Below, piece after piece: positions 32,711 to 43,193 of a DNA stretch of 64,000 bases. Each line of letters begins with the position of its first letter. Position 1 is the stretch's first letter. The DNA lies in contig OZ253375.1 of NCBI GenBank assembly GCA_965261005.1, forward strand, positions 128,001 to 192,000, given 5' to 3'. A program made the position numbers and the translations under genes. The notes under the pieces were generated by a model. The model was not told the DNA's origin. It did not search any database and saw only the letters and a list, made by a program, of their open reading frames with translations. The DNA is from Deinococcus sp. Lineage in GTDB: Bacteria; Deinococcota; Deinococci; Deinococcales; Deinococcaceae.

Positions 32711-33976
32711 ATGGATTCGGTGGTGGTGATCGGGGCGGGCTTGGCAGGTCTGACGGCGGCGCGCACGCTCTCCCTCGCGGGCGCGCGGGTGCGGGTGCTG
32801 GAGGCGGGGCGCGAGCCAGGCGGGCGGGTGCGGACCCGCCGCGTGGGGGGCTTCACCCTCGACCTCGGCTTTCAAGTCCTGTTCACGGCCTATCCGGCGG
32901 TGGGGCGCCACCTCGACTTGGGCGCCCTCGACCTCGTGCCCATTCCGCCCGGCGCCGTCATCCACCACGGGCCGCGCACCGACCTCGTGGGCGACCCGCT
33001 GCGCGACCCGGCCAGCCTGCCCTCCACCTTGGCGACCGGGGCGCTGACGTGGCGCGACAAGCTGCTGGTCGGTCGGTTGGCCGCCGCCCTCAAGCTGCCC
33101 GCCGCGCACAGCTTGCTGGACGGCCCGCCGCAAAGCACCCTCGACTACCTGCGCGAGTTCGGCTTTTCCGACAAAGCTATTCACAACTTCTTCGCGCCCT
33201 TTTTCGGCGGCATCTTCCTCAAGCGCGACCTCAGCCCCTCGGCGGGCGTCTTTCGCTACTACTTCCGCATGCTGGTGGACGGGCAGGTGGCTGTCCCCAG
33301 AAAGGGGATGGGCGAGATTCCACGGCAGCTGGCGCAGGGGCTCAACGTCATGACGGATGTGCGCGTGGAGCGGCTGGAGGCGAACGCCGTGGGCGTCACG
33401 CTCTCCACCAACGTCGGCCAGATTCGGGCGGGGCGGGTGATCGTGGCGGCGTCCCCACCCGAAATTCAGCGCTTGACTGGCGTCAATGTGCCGACCCAGC
33501 CGGTGTCCAGCAGCTATCTCTACTATGCGGCGGACGTGCCCCTCGATTCAGAACCCCGGCTGCTGCTGAACGCCGGGCGGGACACCCTCAACAACGCCAT
33601 CTGGGCCAGCAACGCGGTCCCGAGCCTCGCGCCGCGCGGCCAGCACCTGTTGACGGTCACGGTGCTGGGCGATCCGCGCCAAGACGACGCCCAGCTCGAC
33701 CACGCCGTTCGCGCCGAGCTGTCGCGTTGGTACGGGCCAGCCGAGGTGGGCAAGCTGCGTCTGCTGGCCCTGGACCGCATTCCCTTCGCCCAGTTCGCCC
33801 AGCCGCCGGGCTTCGAGGCGGGGTTGGCCGGGCACGCGACGCCGCTTGAGCACGTCCTGATCGCCTCCGAGGCGACCGGCCTGAGCAGCATTCAGGGCGC
33901 GATGGAGAGCGGCGAGAAGGCGGCGGCCATTCTGCTGGGCGACGTGGTGGGCATGAGCCGGCCGCGGGGGGCGTGA
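32711..33976 (+). CDS. FAD-dependent oxidoreductase (amine oxidase/phytoene desaturase-like)
   Basis: VIGAGLAGL, GGRVRT, SIQGAMESG. Confidence 0.9.
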   Translation: MDSVVVIGAGLAGLTAARTLSLAGARVRVLEAGREPGGRVRTRRVGGFTLDLGFQVLFTAYPAVGRHLDLGALDLVPIPPGAVIHHGPRTDLVGDPLRDPASLPSTLATGALTWRDKLLVGRLAAALKLPAAHSLLDGPPQSTLDYLREFGFSDKAIHNFFAPFFGGIFLKRDLSPSAGVFRYYFRMLVDGQVAVPRKGMGEIPRQLAQGLNVMTDVRVERLEANAVGVTLSTNVGQIRAGRVIVAASPPEIQRLTGVNVPTQPVSSSYLYYAADVPLDSEPRLLLNAGRDTLNNAIWASNAVPSLAPRGQHLLTVTVLGDPRQDDAQLDHAVRAELSRWYGPAEVGKLRLLALDRIPFAQFAQPPGFEAGLAGHATPLEHVLIASEATGLSSIQGAMESGEKAAAILLGDVVGMSRPRGA

Positions 33977-33983
33977 GGACGGG

Positions 33984-34577
33984 ATGCCCCCACCTTCTCA
34001 AGCTCAGCCGCCCAGGCCGCACACTCCCTTTCACCAAATTGACGAGCTGATCGAGCAAAACGCTCAGGTGAACGCCCTCTTACAGCAGCAGGCCGAGCGC
34101 AGTTTGACCGGCCTGCACCGCCCGCTGGAGCGGGTGGGCGCCGTGCTGGGCCGGCCCGCCTTTTTATTTTCGGCGCTGGGCTTCTTCGTGCTGTGGGTCG
34201 CCCTCAACCTCAGCCGCATCACGCGCGGCGTGACGCCCTGGGACGCGCCGCCCTTCTTTTGGCTGCAAGGCTTGATCGGCTTTCTGGCCCTGTTGGTTAC
34301 CACCATCGTGCTGGTGTCGCAGGCCCGTCAAGCGCAGGTCGTGGAGCAGCGCGCCCAGCTCTCCCTCCAAATCGCCCTGCTGACCGAGCAGCGCACCGCC
34401 AAGATCATCGAGCTGCTCGAAGAACTGCGGCGCGACCTCCCCGGCGTCCCCAACCGCTCCGACGAGGAGGCCGGCGCCCTCGCCGAGGCCAGCGACCCCT
34501 CGGCCATTCTGGGGGCGCTGAACACGTTGCAAGAAGGTGGGCAGGGCAGCTTGTCGCCGGAGAGGGAGGGAGCTTGA
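33984..34577 (+). CDS. DUF1003 family membrane protein
   Basis: WDAPPFFWL...IVLVSQAR pattern. Confidence 0.8.
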   Translation: MPPPSQAQPPRPHTPFHQIDELIEQNAQVNALLQQQAERSLTGLHRPLERVGAVLGRPAFLFSALGFFVLWVALNLSRITRGVTPWDAPPFFWLQGLIGFLALLVTTIVLVSQARQAQVVEQRAQLSLQIALLTEQRTAKIIELLEELRRDLPGVPNRSDEEAGALAEASDPSAILGALNTLQEGGQGSLSPEREGA

Positions 34578-34718
34578 CCTGAGTTCTGGCTCATCGTCCA
34601 GCCCCAGCTGGGTTTTCACTGAAAACCACCTGAGAATCCTCGCGACAGCCTATCGAGCACAACTTGCTCCATAGCTTGACGGCATTCGGTCATGGAGCTG
34701 AGCTTCGGCCAAAGCACC

Positions 34719-34853
34719 CCTTGATGTAGAAGGGGTGCTCAGGGGTGATGGTGACGGGTCCTGGTCCACTTGCAGGAAGGTGATCTGGGGGTCCTGGTTG
34801 ATGAACACCTGCTGGACCGGCTGGTACTCGTTCTGGCTTTTTTTCTCGTTGTA
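34719..34853 (-). pseudogene. Degenerate HINT cassette remnant
   Basis: Near-copy of the HINT DNA (EYQPVQQVFINQDPQITFLQVD / ITPEHPFYIK) with a frameshift. Confidence 0.85.
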
Positions 34854-34918
34854 TGCCGGCGCGTTTTGGAAAGCTGCCCCGCTTTCTGCCCAACGTCGGG
34901 CGGATCAAGCGTTTGTAC

Positions 34919-34956
34919 TGCGTCTCCTGCGCTTCTTGCGTCTCCTGAGTTAGAGT
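34919..34956 (+). promoter_or_regulatory. Three 9-bp tandem repeats plus -10 box of HTH-PIN operon
   Basis: TGCGTCTCC TGCGCTTCT TGCGTCTCC TGAG, then TAGAGT 6 nt before ATG. Confidence 0.55.
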
Positions 34957-34962
34957 GAGGCC

Positions 34963-35394
34963 ATGAGGGACCTTGAGCGCGAACAGACTGCCCTGCTCAC
35001 CGTGCAGCAGGCCGCCAAGCTGCTGCACGTCAGCGACGACACCGTGCGGCGTCAGATCAAGGAGGGCGACCTGGAAGCCGTGCGCGTGCGGACCACGCCG
35101 ACGGGTCGGGCGCAATACCGTATTCCCAGCGCCGCCATTCGGCGCATCCTGGGGAGCAGCGTTCTGCAACGGCAAGAAGATGATCCCTTCGAGCCGTTGC
35201 GGGCCGCCTTCGCTCACCTGACCGACGAGGAGCGCGAAGACCTGATTGACCAGGCCGTGCGGTGGGCCAGAGCACGCCGACCGATTGACATGGATGAGCG
35301 TGTCCTGGCCCTCTCCGATGACGAGTTGCGCGAACGCTTCGCAAACAACCGCTTGAACCAGTTGGCGCGTGAGGTGCGTCTGGACAAGCGTTGA
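34963..35394 (+). CDS. Excisionase-like HTH (HTH_17) protein, probable antitoxin
   Basis: LLTVQQAAKLLHVSDDTVRRQIKEGDLEA..YRIP; coupled to PIN gene. Confidence 0.8.
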   Translation: MRDLEREQTALLTVQQAAKLLHVSDDTVRRQIKEGDLEAVRVRTTPTGRAQYRIPSAAIRRILGSSVLQRQEDDPFEPLRAAFAHLTDEEREDLIDQAVRWARARRPIDMDERVLALSDDELRERFANNRLNQLAREVRLDKR

Positions 35395-35828
35395 AAACGT
35401 GGCGCCTCATCCCCGACGTGAACGTGCTGCTGAGTAGCCTGACCAGTCGGCGGGGGCCATCCTTCGATCTGCTGCAAGCCGCGCGGCGCTTCGATGTGGT
35501 GTTGGTGCTGGCGGAAATCCACTTCATCGAGCTGGCCGAGGTGCTGACCTACCCGCAGGTTCTGGCACTGGGTGGACATGCCCTCACGCCGTCGCGAGCA
35601 TTCTGGGCCGCGTTCGAGCTGCGGCGCATCGGGGAGTATGTGGAGCAAGTGCCCCGCTTGGACTGGCCGTCGTGCCCCGACCGGGAGGACTGGTACTTGC
35701 TCGACCTGCTGACGGCGACGGACGCAGACGGCCTCGTGACCAAGGACAAGCACCTGCTGCGGCTGCACGGCCAGCTGGGTTTGCCGGTGTACGAGCCGAG
35801 AGAGCTGGTGCGGCTGAGCATTCTTTAA
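35391..35828 (+). CDS. PIN domain toxin (PIN_3-like)
   Basis: PDVNVLLS, CPDREDWYLL, LVTKDKHLL. Confidence 0.85.
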   Translation: MKTWRLIPDVNVLLSSLTSRRGPSFDLLQAARRFDVVLVLAEIHFIELAEVLTYPQVLALGGHALTPSRAFWAAFELRRIGEYVEQVPRLDWPSCPDREDWYLLDLLTATDADGLVTKDKHLLRLHGQLGLPVYEPRELVRLSIL

Positions 35829-35940
35829 GCGCGGTGTGTTAGTGGTTTTGTCTCGGTGAAAGCGGCAGTGATCGTCAATGAACTGAAAAATCCTCCCCAT
35901 TGATCAGAGGGGAGGAGGAATGTATTGCTGTGAGTCTACT

Positions 35941-36144
35941 CTATCCGTTACCTTGTAGCGCCTTGCTTACAGCGGCCTGCCAATCGTGCTTTGCGGCTGG
36001 ATCAAAAGGTTCGTCATTTTCATTCAACTGTAGGTCGCCTAGAAGAGCACCAATGTCATCAGCTTTCGTGCGTTCGTAGTAGTCTTCAAGAAAGGTGAAC
36101 ATCGCTATGTAAGCTTCGTGTATAGAAATCTTCTGATCTTCCAT
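35941..36144 (-). CDS. Probable immunity protein of cassette 4
   Basis: Small acidic low-GC ORF 7 nt after a toxin-like stop. Confidence 0.7.
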   Translation of the reverse strand: MEDQKISIHEAYIAMFTFLEDYYERTKADDIGALLGDLQLNENDEPFDPAAKHDWQAAVSKALQGNG

Positions 36145-36151
36145 GTATTCT

Positions 36152-36400
36152 CTACCTTCGCTTGGGAGGCGTGGGTGCTTGTAAGCCTGTCTGAGGATTA
36201 TAGGGTTTAGGTACAGAATCTACGCCATCATTGATTATTTGACCGTTTCGTGTCTTTACCCAGACTTGGCTTCCGTCTGAACGGGTTTGAGCATACCAAT
36301 CGTTTCCATATCTGTCTTTGCCGACGAAGTTGCTTCCATCATGCGTGGCATCTTGGATTAGTCTACGGTTGACAGGAGTATCCAACACATGTCCGTCAGC
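36152..36400 (-). pseudogene. Orphan toxin C-terminal fragment (cassette 4), 5' end cut by IS4
   Basis: Low-GC GHVLDTP..GKDRYGNDWY..QVWVKTRNGQIIN fragment abutting an IS TIR. Confidence 0.7.
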
Positions 36401-39073
36401 CCTCAGTACCCGACAGGTAGGGTCGGTGGCATCTGAAGGGCCGGGAAGAGCAGGGCCAGACAAGACCTTGCGTATCTGATTAGCGGGGTAGCGCGGAGGC
36501 GGGAAGGGGGGTAAGGTCGTGGGCATGAGCGGCGAGGCGACACCCAGCGTCACAGAACTCCTTGAGCTGGTGCGGACCCTCACGGCCAGGATCGAACGTC
36601 TGGAAGCCGAGAATCAGCAACTCCGCGAAGAGAACGTGCGGTTGCGCGAAGAGAACACCCGCCTGAACAAGCGCATCGGTGATCTGGAGCGCCGTCAGAA
36701 GAAGACGGTGGCGCCCTTTGGCCGCGACACCCCCAAGGCCGACCCCCAGCCCAGCGGTCGCCGCGCCGGGCAAGGAACGTTCAGCTACCGCGCCCCACCA
36801 CAAGCGGGCGACATCACGCGCGTGATCGAGGTGCCGCTGCCCACGACCTGCCCCTGTGGTGGTGCATTAGAAGCGCAACACCGCGACCTCGCCAGCTTGA
36901 CCGACTTGCCCGAACGGCGTCCGCGCGTGACGGCCTACCACCTTGCTGTAGGGCAGTGTCGGCGGTGCGGTCGTCGCGTGCGCGCGTCTCACCCAGACGT
37001 GAGGGCTGATCAGCGGGGCGCGACTGCCCACCGGCTCGGTCCTGAAGTGCTCAGCTTGGCGCACAGCTTGCACTACGATCTCGGGGTGCCGGTGCGCAAG
37101 GTGCCGGAGGTCGTGCGCCTAGCAACAGGCTTGATCGTGACGCAGGGCGCTCTGACGCAGGACGCGCTCAGACAGAGTGCTGCCGGAGGCGAACTCCACA
37201 CGCAGTACCGGCAGTTGCGTGACGACGTGCAACGGCAGCCCTTTGTCCATCAGGACGACACCGGCTGGCGGGTGCATGGCAAGCAAGCCTGGCTCCAGGT
37301 GTTCCGCACGCCCGTGTCAGCGATATACCAGATCAGGTCGCGGCACACGCACGCCGAGGTGCAGGAACTGGTGCCGAAGGACTACGCGGGCGTGCTATGC
37401 GTGGATCGCTTCAGCAGCTATGACCACGCCAGCTTCACAGAGGTGGCGCAGCAGAAATGTCTCCACCATGTGGTCCGCTCGTGTGAGGCGGCACTTGAAA
37501 ACCAGCAGGGCAAACGGGGGCGGGGGCGGGACTTCGCGCGCGCGTTGCTCGAAGACTTGCGGGCGGCCTTGACGCTGCACGCCCACTTCCATGCGGGAAA
37601 CTGCACCTTGGAGGCGTACCAACGGCAAGGCCGCTGGCTGACGAGTCGCCTTGAGAAGCGCCTGTTCGCGCCGTGCCGCTCGCGGGAAAACAAGCGACTG
37701 GTGCAGGGGATACGCAAGCACCACGAACGGGGGAATCTGCTGCGCTTCCTTCACAACCCTGAAATCGCGCCGACGAACAACGCGGCCGAGCGGGCTTTGC
37801 GCCCGGCGGTGATCGCGCGCAAGGTCTCGCAGTGCAGCAAGACGACCGGGGACAGTGACGCCTTCGCCATCTTCAAGTCGCTCACCCAGACCGCGCGCCT
37901 GGCCGGTCTCGATCCCTTCCAAACCCTGCTCGATCACCGCCAGCAGCAGAACACCCGCTAATCACATACGACCTGGCGCGCTCAAGGTTCCACTTGAGGG
38001 CGTCCACAAGCAGATCGAGGCCGGTCAGGAAGGTGCTCTTGGCTTTGCGCCCGTGCGTTTTGAGCCGTACGGGCGCCTCTTGTTCCCGCACCAGACCGAC
38101 CAGCAGCGCCCAGACGAAGGCGACCGTGAGCAAGCTGACCAGCGTTTCGATGCGGGCAGGGTCGGTCATGTGGGTCGCCTCCAGATTGAGGCCGCGCAGC
38201 TTGTAGGCGCCGAAGGTGCATTCGATGGACCAGCGCGACCGGTAGCGCTCACAGGTGTCGAACAGCGAGAGGTCCGAAGCGATCACAACGCGCTCGCCCT
38301 CGCTAGACAGCGTGGCAACCACCTGCATCTCAGCGCCGTAGACCACCTCTTTGTCGAGCAGGCCGCGCACCTCGCCGGGCGTCAGGTGTGCAAAGGCGTC
38401 TCGAACCGCGATGTCATCGAGCAGGGTGTCCTCACGAATGCGGATGCAGCGCTTGAGCCGTCGTTGTTCCAGGGCCGCGAACCAGTCTTTGCCCACGAAC
38501 TCACGGTCGGCCAGCAGCACCGCAATGCGCTGTGCGGGAATGACGCTCAGCAGCCGGTCGAGCAGCGCGATGCGCGCGGCAGTCGAACTGGCGCCGCCGT
38601 GGTCCAGCACGTCCCACACCAAGGGGAGAGCGTAGCCAGCAAACACCGCCCCAATCACCAAGATGTTGTGATCATATTGCCCATAGCGCCAGTTGGTGCG
38701 GTCCATCGCGAGCGTCAACTTGCCGCTCCCCAACAGCGGCAGGATCAGTTGGGCGGCCTCGTGCTGAGTGAAGGTCTCTGCGGCGAAGAAGCGGGCGACG
38801 CGACGTTCTTTGCTTTCGGGTCGGGCGTCACCCGGCAAGTGCTGAGCGAGTTTGCGGTGAGTGACGTGCTGGGCGTGGACGGTAGCGAGCAACATATCGG
38901 CGAGACGAGCGCGCTGGTCAGAGCGGCGTCCGGGCAGGTGTTGCGCCACGAGCGCGCGCAGGGTAGCGTCAGCAGTGCCGGGGAGCTGGGTCTTCATCAA
39001 CCACAGTTTGTCCCGGCACTGCTGTCTCTTCCTCGCCTACACGACCTTTAGACCTTCCTGTCGGGTACTGAGG
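36401..39073 (-). mobile_element. IS4-family element (transposase from 39000) interrupted by IS66
   Basis: Perfect 17-bp TIR CCTCAGTACCCGACAGG; DRTNW, LADREF, YRSRWSIE motifs; no TSD. Confidence 0.9.
36472..37969 (+). mobile_element. IS66-family single-ORF element, transposase 36519-37961
   Basis: TIR GTATCTGATTAGCGGG / CCCGCTAATCACATAC; 8-bp TSD GACCTTGC/GACCTGGC; DDTGW, TNNAAERALR. Confidence 0.92.
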
Positions 39074-39878
39074 AACGCCGAGCAGCATCTCAGGCAGCCG
39101 TTCCAAATCACGTCCCAGCCGTCTGAAGCGTGACAGCCACGCAAAGCTCCGTTCCACCACCCAGCGCTTCGGTAGCAACACAAACCCTTTGGTCGCTTCT
39201 GGCCGTTTGACCACGATCAGCTCCACCCCCCCGTCCGCCGCGTCCTGCGCCGTCTCTCGTCCGGTGTACCCTTGATCGGCAAAGGCCACCTCCACCTTCA
39301 CCCCCGTCACCTCCTGTACCTGCACACACAGCTCGTGGACTTGGGCACGGTCTTGCTCGTTCGCCGGCGTGCTCATCAAGGTCAAGAGATGGCCGAGGGT
39401 GTCCACGACGATGTGCACCTTGGTCCCTTTGCGCTTCTTGCCACCGTCGTAGCCGGCTCTGCTCCCACTTTCCGGTGTGCTTTGCAGGGTCCGGCTATCG
39501 AGGATCACCGCCGTTGGCTCCTCGCCTCGGGCGTGCTGGAGACGGGAGAAGATGCGCAGGTCGTGCAGCATGTTCTCGAAGCAGCCTGCCTCGAACCACC
39601 GTTGGGCTTGCTGCCGAACCGTTTCGCCGGGGGGCAGATCATGGGGGAGGTAGCGCCACTGAACGCCGGTACGGACGACGTAGAACAGCGCGTTCAGGAC
39701 GTCGCGCAGCGTGTACGTCCGTTGGGGGGCGTCTTCGGGGGACAGCAGCAGGTAAGGCAGCATGAAGTGGTAGGTCTCGTCGTCGAGGTCAGAGGGGTAG
39801 GCGCGCCGGCTCATCCCTCATTCTGCTTCACACAGAGCCGATCTCCCGTACTTCAAATGCCTGCTTGGCACCCTCTAG
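39074..39878 (-). mobile_element. IS5-family element, 3' truncated
   Basis: [30 protein letters not shown]; lacks the C-terminus and right TIR present in the 46.3 kb copy. Confidence 0.9.
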
Positions 39879-39993
39879 GGCGCGTTTCGCCATCTATTGA
39901 TAGCGGCGTAACTCGACAACAACTTCCTTTCTACCCAGCAGGGCTTTCAAAACCTTGCGGGACCCGAATGGCCGTTGTAAACTTAGCCCGCTA

Positions 39994-40464
39994 TCAATAA
40001 GCGAATTCTTCTTCAAGAATACTTGTATCTACTCCCCAAATTTCAATGTCTATTTCACTACCTTCTTGATCGATTAGAAGCCCCAAAGATTTATCAGATG
40101 TAGAAATTATCACGAGTTCGTATTTTAATAATGATCTTAAACTATTACAAACTAATTCCGAAGTAGTTTTGATAAATCCAGTATCATCAGAGAATGGCAA
40201 AATCAGGAAGACTAGTTGGTCATTAAACCATGTTTCACAACTAGCTTCAAGCTGGTCAAGTGCTTTAACCACTCGCTCCCCCGAAAAGTTTCTATGGAAT
40301 ATCATACTGTCCGACTTAACAAGTTTTCGATATCCATCTAGTTCGTCGAGTGTGGAAAAGGAGTAACTCCCGGCCTCCCAGTTTAGTAGAGCTTTTAATT
40401 CACTCCCTCGTCTATACCGATTAGACTCAGCGATTTTTTCTTGCAATTTGGTTCTCACAGGCAT
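39994..40464 (-). CDS. Probable immunity protein of cassette 3
   Basis: Very AT-rich ORF overlapping the toxin stop. Confidence 0.75.
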   Translation of the reverse strand: MPVRTKLQEKIAESNRYRRGSELKALLNWEAGSYSFSTLDELDGYRKLVKSDSMIFHRNFSGERVVKALDQLEASCETWFNDQLVFLILPFSDDTGFIKTTSELVCNSLRSLLKYELVIISTSDKSLGLLIDQEGSEIDIEIWGVDTSILEEEFAY

Positions 40465-41151
40465 CCAAACTCTACTCTGATCTTGGGCCGCCCATCGGGG
40501 AGTTCGTTGTAGTACTTAGGAGCACCGCTCTTACCAATACGAACGTTGCCGTTATCGTCTAACTTCGCTGACCCGACTTCCCAGTGAGGACCGTGCAGCG
40601 CATCATCTTGAAAATTTACTATCATTTTTTGAATTCCCCCTCCCCTTTTTGGTACGTGGTATTCATAGGCCAAGCCCTCTGCTGTCTTGAAGGTTTTAAA
40701 AGGCTGACTACTTGTCGGAATGCCAGCTTCCCTCATAGCTTGTCTTCGAGCAGCATTTGAGCCATCTGCATTGTGAACCAACCAGCCCTGCGTCCCGACG
40801 AAGAAGGTGTGCGCCTCCCTGACCTCCAAGTTGTACATGGTCCTGGTCTGCGTGACGGTGTTGACGTACTTCACGACCCCGAAGCCGCCATCCGCCTTCT
40901 GTATCTTATCCCCGACCTTGAGATGCCCCGCCCCGATCCAATGGTCGTTCAGGTCCTCGTGACCGATGGGTTTCGGTCTGGCTTCGGTGTCTGAGCGCTC
41001 TTTGACGTAGAAGGGGTGCTCGGGTGTCGTCGTAACGAGTTCCTGGTCCACTTGCAGGAAGGTGATCTGGGGGTCTTGGTTGATGAAGACCTGTTGGATC
41101 GGTTGGTACTCGTTCTGCCCCTTCTGCTCGTTGTAGGCCAGCACGTCTTGA
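40455..41151 (-). pseudogene. Orphan cassette 3: partial HINT plus toxin domain (40455-40769)
   Basis: TPEHPF...WLVHN then ADGSNAARRQAMREAGIPTSSQP..HGPHWE; 5' end cut by IS. Confidence 0.85.
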
Positions 41152-42340
41152 CTGACATATTGCAGTTTAAGGAGCGTGGGTAGGGATGGCGTCTTGAGCG
41201 GCGTCGAGGTCGGCGAGTTCGAGGAGCAGGGCGGCACGGCGCACGTCGGCGAGCAGGGTGAGCCGCAGGGCTTTGGCCAGTTCACCCCAATCCGGCCACT
41301 CGCCAGGTGGCCGTGGTGGCAAGTCGAGATCGGCCAAGTGACACAGCAGGAAGGCCAAGGTCGAGAGGCACCAAAAGCGGAAGGCGCCCTGTTTGCTGTG
41401 CTGGGCAAAGCGTTCCAAACCGAAACGGCCTTTGATGGTTTTGAAGAACGCCTCGATCTTCCAGCGACGTTTGCCTACACGGGCCAGGTAGACACCGCCC
41501 AGTTTGCAGCTGGACATCACGAAACGCTGTTCGGGCTGCGTGTTGCGGTACAGCCAAACCCAAGAGACGGTCATGTGCTGACGCAGTCCTTGAGGGGTGA
41601 CGGTCGAGCCACGCACGGTGAGGTCGGCGACGGTGCGGCCATCTGCGAGCTTGCGGTTTTTGCGCACGCCCACGATCAGATCGAACCCAACGTCGAGGAC
41701 ACCGTGGATGAAGGTGGCACACTCGAAGCCGCCGTCGGCATGCACGCGCGCCTTTCGACCGCTGCTGAGCAACCCCTTGGGAACGCTGCGGAGCAGTTTA
41801 AGGGCCAGCACGGCGGGTGAGGGGGTGCCTTTACCGCGCCAGACCTGGACGGCCCAGGGCAAGCGGAGCGGACCACAGCAGAGGTAGAGGACGACCAGAT
41901 GAACGCCGTGGACGCCGTTGTAGACGTGCATCCAGTCATCCAACTGCTCAAAGTGGCCGGTCTTTTCCAAGCTGGTGAGGTCGATCAAGAGTTCGAGGCG
42001 GGGACGCTGGTGGGGAGCTGAGCGCCAGAAGTCGAGGAGCGTTTGCTGAGCGTGGTGACGCAGGGCGCGAACGAGGGAGCGGGTGGACCAGCCGTAGTGG
42101 TTGAGAAACCGGCTGATGGCAGCGGGAGACTTGACGGTGGCTTGACTGGGGAATGGTCGGCCCTTGGCTTCGAGGAGCAAGTCGAGGAAGACGCGCAACG
42201 AGTCGCGGTGCTGCTTACGAGCGAAGCTCTTGAGGATGTCAGAATAGAGTTGTCTGGAACGTGCTTCTTTTGGATTCACACCCCAGCTTGGGGCCAAAAC
42301 CGCGTTCCAGACAACCCCTATGAAATCTGCAACATGTCAG
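41152..42340 (-). mobile_element. IS701/IS4-like DDE element copy 1 (transposase 41167-42297)
   Basis: TIR CTGACATATTGCAG / CTGCAACATGTCAG; flanks TTGA and TAAA do not match. Confidence 0.9.
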
Positions 42341-43193
42341 TAAACGTCTTCACGCTCGTCGGTTCGTCACTCACCACCTGCCACTGCTCTAGGCCGTCTG
42401 TCGGACGGCCCAGAGCGACGTGAACGGAACCGAAGTGCTGTCCAGTCAAGGTGATGTTGTGAAAGCAACGGGTCTCTCTGGGCGAAAGTCGCACCTCACC
42501 CACCTTGCACAACCGCTGTCCATCTGGAGCAGCCAGAATCAAGCTCGATTTGATGCGGATGCGGTAATGCCAGCCGCAGACTCGGAGCCACGCCATCAGT
42601 TCCGTATCGCAGAACCCTCGATCGGCCAGCAGGCGAACTTGATGTAGGCCAAGGAAGTCGAGCATCCCCTTGACTTCGGCCAGCACGGGGAGCAGGTGGG
42701 CGGTGCTGACCTGGGCGCTGGAATGTTCAAGGACACGCGAGACCAGCGGAACTGCTCGTCCCCGAAAGAGCACCGAGACGCGGATCAGGCAAAACTTCTC
42801 GAACAGGACGCTGGTATCCAGGGCCAGGATCAGGGGATGTCTGCCCCAGTCGCGGAGGGCACGGGTGATCAGCGGACCGTAAACACTGGTGGGATCAACG
42901 GCTGGATTCTCCAGCCACCGACGAACTCGGCGTTCGCTGCTTTGCGCGAAGGTGGCACGAGAGTGGATGTGAGGGAGCCAAGCGGGGATAGAGCTGCGCT
43001 GGGAGAGCAGCAGGCCGCTGACCATCCAAGCGAGGGTACGCGCATTGCGGATGTCGTTCCAGAGAGCAGTCTGGAGCTGAGCGAGAACAGCTTGATAGAG
43101 TCGGGCAGCGTCCCCACTGGCATTTTCGGTCTTCACAAACAGAAAGTGTCCCACAGCGGGGACGCTTTCTCATACTTTCTGTCAGGCCCTCAG
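42341..43193 (-). mobile_element. Second IS4-family element, 3' truncated
   Basis: LALDTS, LLADRGF; end CTGAGGGCCTGACAG; cut by the IS701-like copy. Confidence 0.82.

Noticed and set aside
34963..35394. Excisionase indicating a prophage or ICE
   Set aside because: No integrase, att site or phage genes seen; coupling to PIN favours an antitoxin.
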